Shown here: piece after piece, positions 46,686 to 56,281 of the stretch
Layout: each line of letters begins with the position of its first letter
How positions within the stretch are numbered: the stretch's first letter is position 1
DNA from: Candidatus Spongiisociaceae bacterium
GTDB taxonomy: Bacteria; Actinomycetota; Acidimicrobiia; Spongiisociales; Spongiisociaceae
Assembly (NCBI GenBank): GCA_965219685.1
Contig: CBDCOH010000002.1
Location: 2,880,001-2,944,000, forward strand
Length of the DNA: 64,000 nucleotides
Reading direction: 5' to 3'
Program-made: the position numbers and the translations under genes
The notes under the pieces: model-generated
What the model was told of the DNA's origin: nothing
What the model saw: only the letters and a program-made list of their open reading frames with translations
Database searches by the model: none

Positions 46686-48638
46686 TCAGCCGATACCCAG
46701 CTTCTTCAAGAAAGCATCGTTGCGCGGCTCGCGGCCGAGAAAGTCGTGTAACAGCTCGTAGGCATCCCTCGTGCCCCCCGGCTCGAGTACTTTGCGGCGG
46801 TATTCCATGCCCACCTCGGGCGACAGCTCCCCTTCCTGGGCAAAGCGGCTGAACATGTCCTGGCCGAAGACCTCGGCCCACAGGTAGCCGTAATAGCCTG
46901 CGTCGTAACCGCCCACCAGGTGGCCGAACGAGGCGAGCAGGTATGTGCCGTCGTGGTGAGGCAACAAGCCGGTCTCGGCCCGGCGACGGAGCACGGTTTC
47001 GTGATCCACCTGTTCCAGGGTCGTGTGAAGATCCATGTCGATCTGTCCCAGCATCATCTGGCGGAGGTTGAAGAGAGCGATGTTCAGGTCTCTTGCCGCG
47101 GCGAGCCGACCGACCAGATCATCCGGGATCGGGTCTCCGGTCTCATGATGCCGAGCGAAGGTCCGGAGAACCTCGGGAATCCAGCACCAGTTCTCCATGA
47201 TCTGGGAGGGCGCCTCCACGAAATCCCATTCCGTCCGGGCTCCGCTGAATCGCGCCATCTCCGCCTGTGAGAGGGACATGTGGAGAATGTGACCGAACTC
47301 GTGGAACAGGGTCACCACCTCGTCGTGTAGCAGCAGCGCCGGCTGCTCCCCGCTCGGCCGCGTCAGGTTGGCCACGATCGCCGACACGGGCCGGCTCCGC
47401 ACTCCACGGAGATCCGAGCCGGACGGGACCAGCGGGAACGCGGCAGCATGGCCGAACTTGCCTTCTCGAGGATGCAAGTCCATGTAGAAGTGGGCCAGCA
47501 GTTCACCGGAGACGGAGTCGGTCATCCGGTAGACCCGCACCTCCTCGTGCCACACCGGAGCCTCGACGGGCTCGTAGGAGAGACCGAACACTGCCTGCGT
47601 GATGTCGAAGAGGCCGGCCAGTACCCGGTCCAAGGGGAAGTAGGCGGCCACCTCGGTCGGGTCGACGCCGTACTCCCGCTTCATCTGCTCCGTGTGGCAA
47701 AAGGCGCTGTCCCAGCGGCGAACCGGGAGTTGGTGACCCTGGGCGGTGAGCAGGCGGCCCATCGCAGCCACCTCCTTCCGGCCCGAGGCCGTGAGGGGCT
47801 CCAACAGCGCCTCGTAGAAGTCCGCCACCGCCTCGGGTCTCCTGGCCATCTTTGTCTGCATGCTGTGATGTGCCCAGGACGCTGCACCGAATACCTCGGC
47901 AAGCTCCGCCCTGAGGCGCATGACCTCTTCGAAGATGGGGGTGTTCTGCTGCCGCGCCCTGTTCCCGAACTTGAAAGCCAGCGCTTCGCGGAGATCGCGA
48001 CGCGGCGAGTTCTCCATGAACGGGATCACATCGGGGTAAGCCATCGTGATCCGGTAGGCGCCTTCGGTGGAACCTGGTGCCAGACGATCCACATAGGACT
48101 CCGGCATGCCTTCAAGATCTTCGGCGGAGACTTCCAGCGCGTCCTCGTACTCGGCGAGGTTGGCAGCAAATGCGACCTTGAGTTCGACCAGGCGAGCCCT
48201 CAACTCCTGGACGCGGAGGCGTGCCTCCTCCTCGAGTTCGTGTCCGGCCATCCGGAAGTCACGCATCGTATGTTCCAAGGCCCGGGCCGGCTCGCCCGCG
48301 AGTGCGCCCGCTCCCTCGGTGGCTGCGTAGGAACGGACCGCCTCGTATAGGTCACGGCGGGACACCAGGTCCAAGGTCCACTTCTGGATCCGTTCCTCCG
48401 CCACGCGGGCCGCCTCACGGGTGGCGTCGTCCGGCGCGACCCGTCCCAGGAACGGACCTCTCCCGAAAGCGATCGCCACTGAACGGCCCACCTCTTCGAG
48501 GGGGAGCAGGGTGTTGCCCAGGGTGCGGGAACCGTCCACCGCCAACAGGTCGTCGATGAGCGACTCGCCACGCGCAATGGTCGAGTCGACGACCTCGGAA
48601 ACCGAGTCGGCCGTGACGGAGGAGTAATCGAAGAGCAT
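46686..48638 (-). CDS. M3A metallopeptidase (thimet oligopeptidase-like)
   Basis: DLHPREGK.GHAA, TLFHEFGH, DFVEAPSQ..ENW, GYDAGYYGYLWAE. Confidence 0.93.
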   Translation of the reverse strand: MLFDYSSVTADSVSEVVDSTIARGESLIDDLLAVDGSRTLGNTLLPLEEVGRSVAIAFGRGPFLGRVAPDDATREAARVAEERIQKWTLDLVSRRDLYEAVRSYAATEGAGALAGEPARALEHTMRDFRMAGHELEEEARLRVQELRARLVELKVAFAANLAEYEDALEVSAEDLEGMPESYVDRLAPGSTEGAYRITMAYPDVIPFMENSPRRDLREALAFKFGNRARQQNTPIFEEVMRLRAELAEVFGAASWAHHSMQTKMARRPEAVADFYEALLEPLTASGRKEVAAMGRLLTAQGHQLPVRRWDSAFCHTEQMKREYGVDPTEVAAYFPLDRVLAGLFDITQAVFGLSYEPVEAPVWHEEVRVYRMTDSVSGELLAHFYMDLHPREGKFGHAAAFPLVPSGSDLRGVRSRPVSAIVANLTRPSGEQPALLLHDEVVTLFHEFGHILHMSLSQAEMARFSGARTEWDFVEAPSQIMENWCWIPEVLRTFARHHETGDPIPDDLVGRLAAARDLNIALFNLRQMMLGQIDMDLHTTLEQVDHETVLRRRAETGLLPHHDGTYLLASFGHLVGGYDAGYYGYLWAEVFGQDMFSRFAQEGELSPEVGMEYRRKVLEPGGTRDAYELLHDFLGREPRNDAFLKKLGIG

Positions 48639-48640
48639 GG

Positions 48641-48749
48641 TGTTGGGTGTTAGGTGTTAGGTGTTAGGTGCTGGGTGGCCGGTGGAGACGACGTAGAATA
48701 TAGCATCAGAACGTTGTAATACAGCCACCAACTACCAACCACCATCACT
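48641..48749. repeat. (TGTTAGG)-type array and inverted (CAACYAC)-type array flanking an AT-rich spacer
   Basis: arrays at 48641-48682 and 48722-48749. Confidence 0.8.
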
Positions 48750-49725
48750 GCCGCAGTTCTTCGTAGGTGTCCCAGCCGGGATCGGGATCGGTGAACACCT
48801 CGTACACCGCCGGTCGCCACCGGGCGGCCAACCCGTGAACGTCTTCGCTCACCTCGGGATCTGCGTAGGCGTACAGCACCGTGAACGTATCGAAGATCTG
48901 GTGGGCGAAGATCACCCCCCCGGTACGGAGGGTCGCGGCGAGATCCTTCTCGACCTTGCGCACCAGCGGATCTTCCGGCCCGGACGTTTCGATACTCACC
49001 ATGACGATGTCCACCATCTCTAGGAAGTGGAGACGCTTCAGTGCACGGTTCACGAAGGCCCGTGACTCGCCCAACTCGTCGTCTTCCTTGGGAATCATCT
49101 CCCACTGCTGACCCGTAGCGGCGTCCGCCCAGCGGTCCACCTCCTCGGCCAGACCCAGGAACGGCATGCCCCAGGGCAGTGAGTGAGGGACCACATCGAC
49201 AGAACCAACCCAGAATTCAGCTCTGTCCTCTCCGAGCAGATCATCGAGCAACCGGAAAACCACCAAGAGCTGCAAGGCTTCGTCCATCAGTCCGAAGTCG
49301 CGATGTCCGATGGTCAGGTCCAGTTCCTCGGTTACGAGATCGGGCTCGACGACCATGGTGACCTCGAAGGGATCGATACTGAGGGCTCCGACCGTCACCG
49401 GGTTCGGCTCCACGGCGATGCGGGCGGGGTGGTACTCCCAAGCCCGGTCCGCAGGCGGACTATCACGGTACCAACGCTCGGTCAGGGAACGCAGACCCGG
49501 GTCGGCGGCAGAGCTGAGGCAAAAAGCGTGCTCCGCCGACCGGCCCGGTCCCAGGTCCCACTCCAGCGCCGGGTGAATGGCCGAGATCAGGTCGGAGAGT
49601 TCAGCCGTGGCTTCCCCGTAACGACCCTCCGCCAGTTCTTCCTCGAGAGCCGGCCGCAGCGCGGGCCATCCTTCCCAGAACGCGGTTATAGCCTGCTGGC
49701 TCGTCAATGGAGCCTCCGCGGTCAT
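48745..49725 (-). CDS. conserved hypothetical protein (DUF695-like)
   Basis: FW..W, IHP.L.W.LGPG..A.HA, APP-like D..WEY, LD.LLGE, DP.W..Y. Confidence 0.6.
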   Translation of the reverse strand: MTAEAPLTSQQAITAFWEGWPALRPALEEELAEGRYGEATAELSDLISAIHPALEWDLGPGRSAEHAFCLSSAADPGLRSLTERWYRDSPPADRAWEYHPARIAVEPNPVTVGALSIDPFEVTMVVEPDLVTEELDLTIGHRDFGLMDEALQLLVVFRLLDDLLGEDRAEFWVGSVDVVPHSLPWGMPFLGLAEEVDRWADAATGQQWEMIPKEDDELGESRAFVNRALKRLHFLEMVDIVMVSIETSGPEDPLVRKVEKDLAATLRTGGVIFAHQIFDTFTVLYAYADPEVSEDVHGLAARWRPAVYEVFTDPDPGWDTYEELRQ

Positions 49726-49735
49726 CGGATACCGC

Positions 49736-50563
49736 TCAGCCAGCGGCCCGAACATGGGGCGGAGCAATCGATCGGATCAGGTTTATCAGCTGCTCGGCGA
49801 TACCTGGAGCAGCCAGAATGAAATTGGTGGACTCGACCGTGGCCGGTTCACTCGACAGATCGGCGGAGAGGCCCCCCGCTTCGTGAACGAGGAGGAGTCC
49901 GGCGGCCACATCCCAGGGCCATAGACCGTACTCCCAGAATCCGTCGACGCGGCCGCAGGCAACCCAGGCGAAGTCGAGAGCCGCGGAGCCGAGGCGGCGC
50001 ACGTCTCGAGTCCTGGCCATCACCTGCCCCATCGCGGCGGTGTAGGCGGCCGCGTGCACATCACGGTCGTACGGGAAGCCGGTCGCGATGACGCACTCCG
50101 ACAGGCTGGTGCGTGACGACACCCGGATCGGCTCGTCGCCGAGACGGGCGCCTTCTCCCCTGGCGGCGCTGAACACCTCCCGCCGTGCAACGTCCACCAC
50201 CGCGCCCGCCACCGGGACCAAGCCGTCCCACAAGCCCACCGACACGGACACCTGGGGGATACCGTGGACGAAATTGACCGTCCCGTCGAGAGGGTCGACG
50301 ATCCAGCGGCGTCCCACCGGCTCGGCAAGACCACCCTGTTCCTCGGATAGGATCGCGTCGCTAGGACGTAGAGCATCGATAACGGCCAGTACGGCCCGCT
50401 CGGCTGCCATGTCCACCTCGGTAACGGGATTCACCGACCCCTTCATCTCCGGCTCCACGGCTCGGCCCAGGGACTCCCCCACCACCACGGCGCCAGCCCG
50501 GGCGGCGGCGATCGCGACCTCACGGTCGGTCCGAGGTTGGCTTGCGGCGATGGGGTCGGTCAT
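49736..50563 (-). CDS. suhB: inositol monophosphatase family protein
   Basis: WIVDPLDGTVNF, TGFPY, RRLGSAALD, PWDVAAG. Confidence 0.9.
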   Translation of the reverse strand: MTDPIAASQPRTDREVAIAAARAGAVVVGESLGRAVEPEMKGSVNPVTEVDMAAERAVLAVIDALRPSDAILSEEQGGLAEPVGRRWIVDPLDGTVNFVHGIPQVSVSVGLWDGLVPVAGAVVDVARREVFSAARGEGARLGDEPIRVSSRTSLSECVIATGFPYDRDVHAAAYTAAMGQVMARTRDVRRLGSAALDFAWVACGRVDGFWEYGLWPWDVAAGLLLVHEAGGLSADLSSEPATVESTNFILAAPGIAEQLINLIRSIAPPHVRAAG

Positions 50564-50737
50564 GGATCCTGGGGTCGATGGTCGGACGGCGGTGCACCGG
50601 TGGCTGGGAAGTGTCAGCCGTCGGCGGCCCTCCATCCGGAGTCGGGACATTGGTGGAGCCATCCTAAGACCCAAACCTACGCTCGCCGGGTAATGGCATG
50701 CGCTTGCCGCCACCCGTGGCACCGTAGAATCCCACCG

Positions 50738-52222
50738 GTGGCATGGATAACGAGACTTGCGCGGCTGGCGGCCGCGGCGGCGGGAGGGATCCTGCTGGCC
50801 CTCGGGTACCCACCCTTCGAGTGGACCACTCTGTCCTGGTCGGGGCTCATCGCCCTGGTATGGCTGGTGGCAACCGCACCAACCCGGAGGGTGGCTCTCT
50901 GGTCCGGGTACCTGTTCGGGTTGGCCTACTTCGCCGTCATCCTGTCGTGGCTGATCGAGGTCGAACTCATCGCCTACTACCCGCTGGCGATGGTCCAGGC
51001 GGTCGCGGTCGTGCTGATGGCAGCGGGTACGCACCACTACAAGGACGCTCGGCCGTGGGTATTCGTCCTTGCGGTGGCAGGATCGGGTGCTCTGGCGGAG
51101 TTCCTCCGGGTCCGGTGGCCGTTCGGCGGGTTCCCTTGGGGATCGATCGGAGTCACGGTAGCCGCCACACCCCTGCGACCCTCCGCACAGTGGTTCGGAG
51201 CGACAGGGTGGGGCGTGATACTGACCGCGATGTCCGCCGTAGCGGTGATGGTGGTGCTCAGGCGGATGTCCTGGAAGGTGCTAGCCGGAGGGGTGATCGC
51301 TCTGTGTGCCGCCGGGCTGGCCGGAAACCTCTGGCCCGCCGTCCCTGACGGCGACGCCAGGACGGTCACGATCGTGCAGGGCAACTCACCCTGCCCAGGG
51401 ACGCGCTGCCCCGGTGAGCGCCAGTTGATATACGAGAGCCACCTGGCCCTCACCCGGAGCCTCACCCCCGGGCCGGACCTCGTGGTATGGCCCGAGAGTT
51501 CCACGGGTGGCAGGTCCGACCCGCTCCGGAACCCGACGGTACAGGGGGCGATAGGCGCCGAGGCGATCAGGCTGGACGCGGTGGTCCTCGTCGGGGGGGA
51601 CCTCGATGCGGGACCGGATCACTTCCAGAACGTCAACACGGTGTTCGGACCGGACGGCGGCATCGTGGGCAAGTACCACAAGCGCCACCCCGTGCCTTTC
51701 GGCGAGTACGTGCCGATCCGTCCCCTGTTCGAACGCGTGCCCGCTCTGGACCGGGTGCCCCGCGACATGATTCGCGGGGACACCCAGGCCCTCTTCGATC
51801 TTGGAGGAGTCCCCTTCGGGACGGTGATCAGCTACGAGGGGGCATATGCACGGTACGAGCGACAGGCCGTGCGCTCCGGCGCGGCCTTCATCGTGCTGGC
51901 CACCAACGAAGCATCGTTCGGGGAGAGCCAGGCCAGCGACCAGTTCATCGCCATCAGCAGGGTGCGGGCCGCCGAACTCGGCGTCGACATCGTCCACGCC
52001 GCGGTGACGGGCCGTTCGGCTTTCGTCCGAGCGGATGGTCGGGTCGACGCGTTGACGGACCTCTTCGAGACCACCACGGTCACGGCGACAGTCCCGGCCC
52101 GGTCCGCCGGTCCCACGCTGTATGTGAGGTGGGGCGACTGGCTGCAGGTCACAGCCATGATCGCCTTCCTCGTCCTCGTCGCCCACACCTGGTTCTCCGA
52201 TCGCCGGCAGGCTGTCAGTTAG
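50738..52222 (+). CDS. lnt: apolipoprotein N-acyltransferase
   Basis: FGGFPW, VQGN, VWPES, K..PVPFGEYVP; catalytic motif reads ISYE instead of ICYE. Confidence 0.88.
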   Translation: MAWITRLARLAAAAAGGILLALGYPPFEWTTLSWSGLIALVWLVATAPTRRVALWSGYLFGLAYFAVILSWLIEVELIAYYPLAMVQAVAVVLMAAGTHHYKDARPWVFVLAVAGSGALAEFLRVRWPFGGFPWGSIGVTVAATPLRPSAQWFGATGWGVILTAMSAVAVMVVLRRMSWKVLAGGVIALCAAGLAGNLWPAVPDGDARTVTIVQGNSPCPGTRCPGERQLIYESHLALTRSLTPGPDLVVWPESSTGGRSDPLRNPTVQGAIGAEAIRLDAVVLVGGDLDAGPDHFQNVNTVFGPDGGIVGKYHKRHPVPFGEYVPIRPLFERVPALDRVPRDMIRGDTQALFDLGGVPFGTVISYEGAYARYERQAVRSGAAFIVLATNEASFGESQASDQFIAISRVRAAELGVDIVHAAVTGRSAFVRADGRVDALTDLFETTTVTATVPARSAGPTLYVRWGDWLQVTAMIAFLVLVAHTWFSDRRQAVS

Positions 52223-52242
52223 TTGCTAGTAAGTTGGGCAAA

Positions 52243-52278
52243 CTATCACCACTCACCACTCACCACTCACCACCACTA
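52243..52278. repeat. heptamer array (CCACTCA)3 plus degenerate units
   Basis: read directly. Confidence 0.85.
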
Positions 52279-52288
52279 CGGTGACGGT

Positions 52289-53179
52289 ATGCGTATCGGT
52301 GTGGACCTGGGCGGCACCAAGATAGAGGCAGTCGTTCTGGACGGGGAGGGGACCGTCCTGCTGCGGCAGCGGGCTCCGACTCCCACAGGTGACTACGAGG
52401 GCACGGTGGCGGCGGTCGCGGGCCTGGTGGCCGACCTCGAGAGAGAAGTAGGTTCGGCCTGCACGGTGGGAGTGGGTACGCCCGGCTCCATCTCACCCTT
52501 CACCGGGCTGATGCGCAATTCCAACTCGGTGGCACTGAACGGGATGCCACTGGATCGTGACCTGGAGGAGGCATTGGACCGCCCGGTCCGGCTCGCCAAC
52601 GACGCCGACTGCTTCGCCCTCTCCGAAGCGGTCAGCGGCGCCGGCCGCGAGGCGCGTACAGTCTTCGGGGTCATCATCGGCACCGGGGTGGGAGGCGGGC
52701 TGGTGATCGACAGGGTGGTCCAGGTCGGACCCAATCGGATCACCGGCGAGTGGGGTCACAATCCGTTCCCCGGGGAGTTCAACTCCCGGGAGTGCTACTG
52801 CGGGCGGCGGGATTGCATCGAGCTCTACCTTTCGGGGCCGGCGGTAGCCGCCGAGTATCGCCGGGAGACCGGCGTCGAACTCACTACCCGGCAGCTAATG
52901 CAGCGGGTGGCCACGGACGGGCCGGCGCGGGCGGCGCTGGAACGATACGTGGCCCGGCTGGCCCGGGCCCTGGCCGGAGTGATCAACATCCTCGACCCGG
53001 ACGTCGTCGTCCTCGGCGGTGGCCTGTCCAATGTCGACCGGTTGTACGAGGCGGTCCCAAGGCTCTGGGACCGATGGGTCTTCTCCGACGGCGTGGCCAC
53101 CCACCTGGCGAGGAACCACCATGGCGACTCGGGTGGAGTACTGGGCGCGGCTTGGCTCTGGCCCGCCGAATCTGGCTGA
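52289..53179 (+). CDS. ROK family sugar kinase (fructokinase Mak-like)
   Basis: IGVDLGGTKIE, LANDA.CFALSEA, GEWGH, CYCG..DCIE. Confidence 0.9.
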   Translation: MRIGVDLGGTKIEAVVLDGEGTVLLRQRAPTPTGDYEGTVAAVAGLVADLEREVGSACTVGVGTPGSISPFTGLMRNSNSVALNGMPLDRDLEEALDRPVRLANDADCFALSEAVSGAGREARTVFGVIIGTGVGGGLVIDRVVQVGPNRITGEWGHNPFPGEFNSRECYCGRRDCIELYLSGPAVAAEYRRETGVELTTRQLMQRVATDGPARAALERYVARLARALAGVINILDPDVVVLGGGLSNVDRLYEAVPRLWDRWVFSDGVATHLARNHHGDSGGVLGAAWLWPAESG

Positions 53180-53236
53180 CGACACGCCCAGCAAGGTCGC
53201 CTACCATCTCTTGCAACGCCGCATTGAGGAGTTGAG

Positions 53237-53941
53237 ATGAGTGGATCCGGTCCCCGGGCCCGAGTGTGGATCGGGCTCGTGCTGGTCGTCCTCGGCGCGA
53301 TGTTCCTGGTGGACAACCTCACCGATTGGCACTTCCCCCGCGATATCCTCTGGCCCGTCATCCTGATCGCGTTCGGCGTGCTCAACCTCGTCCGGCGGGG
53401 CTCTGGCCGCTGGATCGGGGTCGTTCTGACACTTCTGGGGATCGTCTTCCTCCTCAACGCGCTGGATATCGTGACGTTCCGCATGCGCGATGTCTGGCGG
53501 CTCTGGCCGGTCATCCTTCTCATCATCGGGATACGTTTGCTGTTCGGCGCGCGGAGGCGTCGCCAACGACGACCACGCGGCCGGGATCGGCCCGCTTCGT
53601 CCCAATCAGATCACCTCGGAGCCACCTACCTCTTTTGCTCGGGAGTCCAGCGGGTAACGAGCCGGAGTTTCTCCGAGGGCGAAGCCACCGCGGTGTTCGG
53701 TTCCGCGCGCATAGACCTCAGGGATGCGTCTCTCGCCCGTGGAGGAGGGACGATCGACGTGACCGCCCTGTTCGGCAGCGTCGAGCTCCGCGTCCCGGAG
53801 GGTTGGGCAGTTGATGTCCAGAGCACCCAGTTCCTGGGTGAGGTGGAAGACAAACGCAGGCGGCCTGCACAAACGGGCAGCGGAGAGCAACTCACGATCA
53901 CCGGCATCTGCATGTTCGGCTCGATAGTCATCGATTGCTAG
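53237..53941 (+). CDS. LiaF-related / DUF5668 cell-envelope membrane protein
   Basis: repeated LWPVILI TM segments; C-terminal FG...IDLR, FG.VE..VP..W.V. Confidence 0.78.
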   Translation: MSGSGPRARVWIGLVLVVLGAMFLVDNLTDWHFPRDILWPVILIAFGVLNLVRRGSGRWIGVVLTLLGIVFLLNALDIVTFRMRDVWRLWPVILLIIGIRLLFGARRRRQRRPRGRDRPASSQSDHLGATYLFCSGVQRVTSRSFSEGEATAVFGSARIDLRDASLARGGGTIDVTALFGSVELRVPEGWAVDVQSTQFLGEVEDKRRRPAQTGSGEQLTITGICMFGSIVIDC

Positions 53942-54005
53942 TGGTTGGTGAGTAGTGAATGGTGAATAGTGAATGGTGAGCCACCAGTCACCAGTCAGTC
54001 ACCAA
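53939..54005. repeat. facing heptamer arrays T(G/A)GTGA(A/G) and (T/C)CACCAG between convergent genes
   Basis: read directly; can fold back. Confidence 0.85.
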
Positions 54006-54007
54006 AG

Positions 54008-55243
54008 CTAACGCTTGGCGGGTCCCCACCAGCGGGACAGCACGGAGTTGAACGTCTCCGCCGGTAGCAGCACTTGGGCGCCCTCTGGCGTGCGGTAGTC
54101 CATGACCGGGATCCGCAGTTGCGTGACCTGGGATGGATCAAGGGATCGGTAACGCCAGAGCCACTCGACAGCCTCGGCAATGGACCACCCGCGGTCGAGG
54201 CGGAACGTATGGGACAGGTTCTGGAGGGAAGATCCAAGAGCCGCCAAGGAAGAGGTACGAAGCCGGCCCGCCAGCTTGAGCAGCAGCTCGCGCTGGTGCT
54301 GCTGGCGGCTGAAGTCCGATGACCACGCCTGTCGCCACTCACCATCCACGAGTTGGCGGGCATTTCGGGAGCGGGCATACGCCAGTGCGGTGGCCCCGTC
54401 CGTCCGGCAGGAGGGCTCGGGGATGTCCAGGCCCGCCTTCTCGTCGTGTGTGGGGTACTCGAAACATATCTCGACGCCCCCCAAGCCGTCCACGAGCTCC
54501 ACGAACCCTTCGAAGTTGACCCGCACGTAATGGTCGACCTCGATACCCGTGAATTCCTCGATAGCCAGCGACAGGAGTTCGGGCCCGTTGGCGTAACCCG
54601 TGCATCCCCCGAGGTTGGCGTTGACCCGCCGGTAGTCCTCCGAGCAGAAGTTGTACAGATAGAGGTCTCGCGGGATCGAGATCAACGCCGGCGCCGAGCC
54701 GTCCTCCGGGAACAGGGCGAGGATGATGCTGTCGGCGAGGTAGCCGCTGGCATCGGCCCCGACCAGCATCACCGCGTTGAACATCCCGTCAGGTAACCCC
54801 GGGCTGTGGGCATTGGCAACCGAGACAGCGTCCTCGGCCTCGACCCCCGAGTCGTCGACGGATCCGGGTAGCTCCTCCGTCTCCTGGATCTCCGGCTCCT
54901 GTTCCTCCGGCTCCGGCAACTCCTCCACCGGGGTTTCTTCCGCCGTGGGCGGCTCGGGTTCAGTGGTGAGTGTTGCTTCCAACTCCTCGACCTTCTCGCG
55001 ACTCGCGCCGACCTCCTCGGGGGTCCGTTCCTGCAATTCGGTCCTCGCCTGGGCAGGGTCGTGCGGCTCGTCGTCCTTGAAGGACTGGAACAGCAGCACC
55101 ACGAGCGTCAGCATGAAGGCCGCCACCCCGAGGACCACGATCCAGATCACCCGTCTGACGACGCGGGGAGACCATCTGCGAGCGGCGTGTTTACCCAAAG
55201 CGGCCGATCCGCGCCCGACCGACTCCAACCTGCAGGGCACCAC
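54008..55243 (-). CDS. LCP (LytR-CpsA-Psr) family protein
   Basis: single TM, SIPRDLY, HYVRVNF.GF..LVD.LGGV, ALAYARSR, SDF.RQ..Q; true start probably nearer 55150. Confidence 0.88.
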   Translation of the reverse strand: MVPCRLESVGRGSAALGKHAARRWSPRVVRRVIWIVVLGVAAFMLTLVVLLFQSFKDDEPHDPAQARTELQERTPEEVGASREKVEELEATLTTEPEPPTAEETPVEELPEPEEQEPEIQETEELPGSVDDSGVEAEDAVSVANAHSPGLPDGMFNAVMLVGADASGYLADSIILALFPEDGSAPALISIPRDLYLYNFCSEDYRRVNANLGGCTGYANGPELLSLAIEEFTGIEVDHYVRVNFEGFVELVDGLGGVEICFEYPTHDEKAGLDIPEPSCRTDGATALAYARSRNARQLVDGEWRQAWSSDFSRQQHQRELLLKLAGRLRTSSLAALGSSLQNLSHTFRLDRGWSIAEAVEWLWRYRSLDPSQVTQLRIPVMDYRTPEGAQVLLPAETFNSVLSRWWGPAKR

Positions 55244-55410
55244 TAGGCGATCCGGTATGGATCGGGCCTACCCGGGCGACTCTGCTCAAAGTGTTCACCA
55301 CCGGACCGCGCTCATATCGGACATGAAGCTCGTGCACGAAACACGAAACTAACCGTTCGGCGGCGGAGTGTGGGAATCCGGCGATCCGACCGCCAAGCGG
55401 ATGCTCACCA

Positions 55411-56100
55411 TCAGGCCAGACCGTCAATCCAGGCGTCGAACAGCTGGTAGGCCCCTTCGGCCAACTCCTGCTCTGCGTCGGCCATCCCGGTCGCGAACTC
55501 GTCGGGGTTGATGCCGGCCCTCTCCACCATCTCACGGCCTCCGGTTCTGGCCCACCTGTTGGCCTGGCAATTGTGTGCTTCGGGGTGGAACTGGATGGCC
55601 AGCGCCGACCCCAGGGCGAATGCCTGCGGGAAACGAGCGGAACGGGCCAGCAACGCGCTCCCCGGAGGCAGGTCGAACGTGTCCTGGTGCATTTCGAACA
55701 CCCGCCGGCCGTCGACTCTGGACACCACCGGATGGCGACGTCCGGCCTCGGTGAGCTCGACGGAAACCGCTCCGACCTCGGGACGGTCGGCCAGATAGGC
55801 CCGGCCCCCGAGTGCAGCGGCCAGTAGCTGGGAGCCGAGGCAGATTCCCAGCACCGGGACATCTCGCTCCACCAGGCCGCGGACCAACTGCATCTCGTCG
55901 ACGAGGTAGGGATGCTCCTCCGTCTCGTAGGCACCCATGCTCCCGCCCATCGTCACCAGTGCCCCGACCTCGTCAGCCTCCGGCAGGGGCTCCCCATCGA
56001 TCACCGTGACCTCTTCCCACTCGACCCCGTGGTGCGCCAAGCGCTCGGCTAGCCGTCCTAGGGACTCGTGGGCATGCTTGATCACCACCATCTTTCCCAT
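55411..56100 (-). CDS. type 1 glutamine amidotransferase
   Basis: GICLGSQL, HQD.F.LP, QFHPE. Confidence 0.9.
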   Translation of the reverse strand: MGKMVVIKHAHESLGRLAERLAHHGVEWEEVTVIDGEPLPEADEVGALVTMGGSMGAYETEEHPYLVDEMQLVRGLVERDVPVLGICLGSQLLAAALGGRAYLADRPEVGAVSVELTEAGRRHPVVSRVDGRRVFEMHQDTFDLPPGSALLARSARFPQAFALGSALAIQFHPEAHNCQANRWARTGGREMVERAGINPDEFATGMADAEQELAEGAYQLFDAWIDGLA

Positions 56101-56281
56101 AGCCCGGGAAGTCTACCGCCCGGATGGGAGCCGATCAGGTGACCGGCGGCAACCCTCACCGGCACCACGTCGCCGCCCTCTCGACTCACGGCGAACCCTG
56201 ACCTGAGCGGGACGCGCGGCCCGGTCGGCGATTCCGACGGACGCGCGGAGCCGTCGGCCGAGACCGGGCGAACGGGGGATC

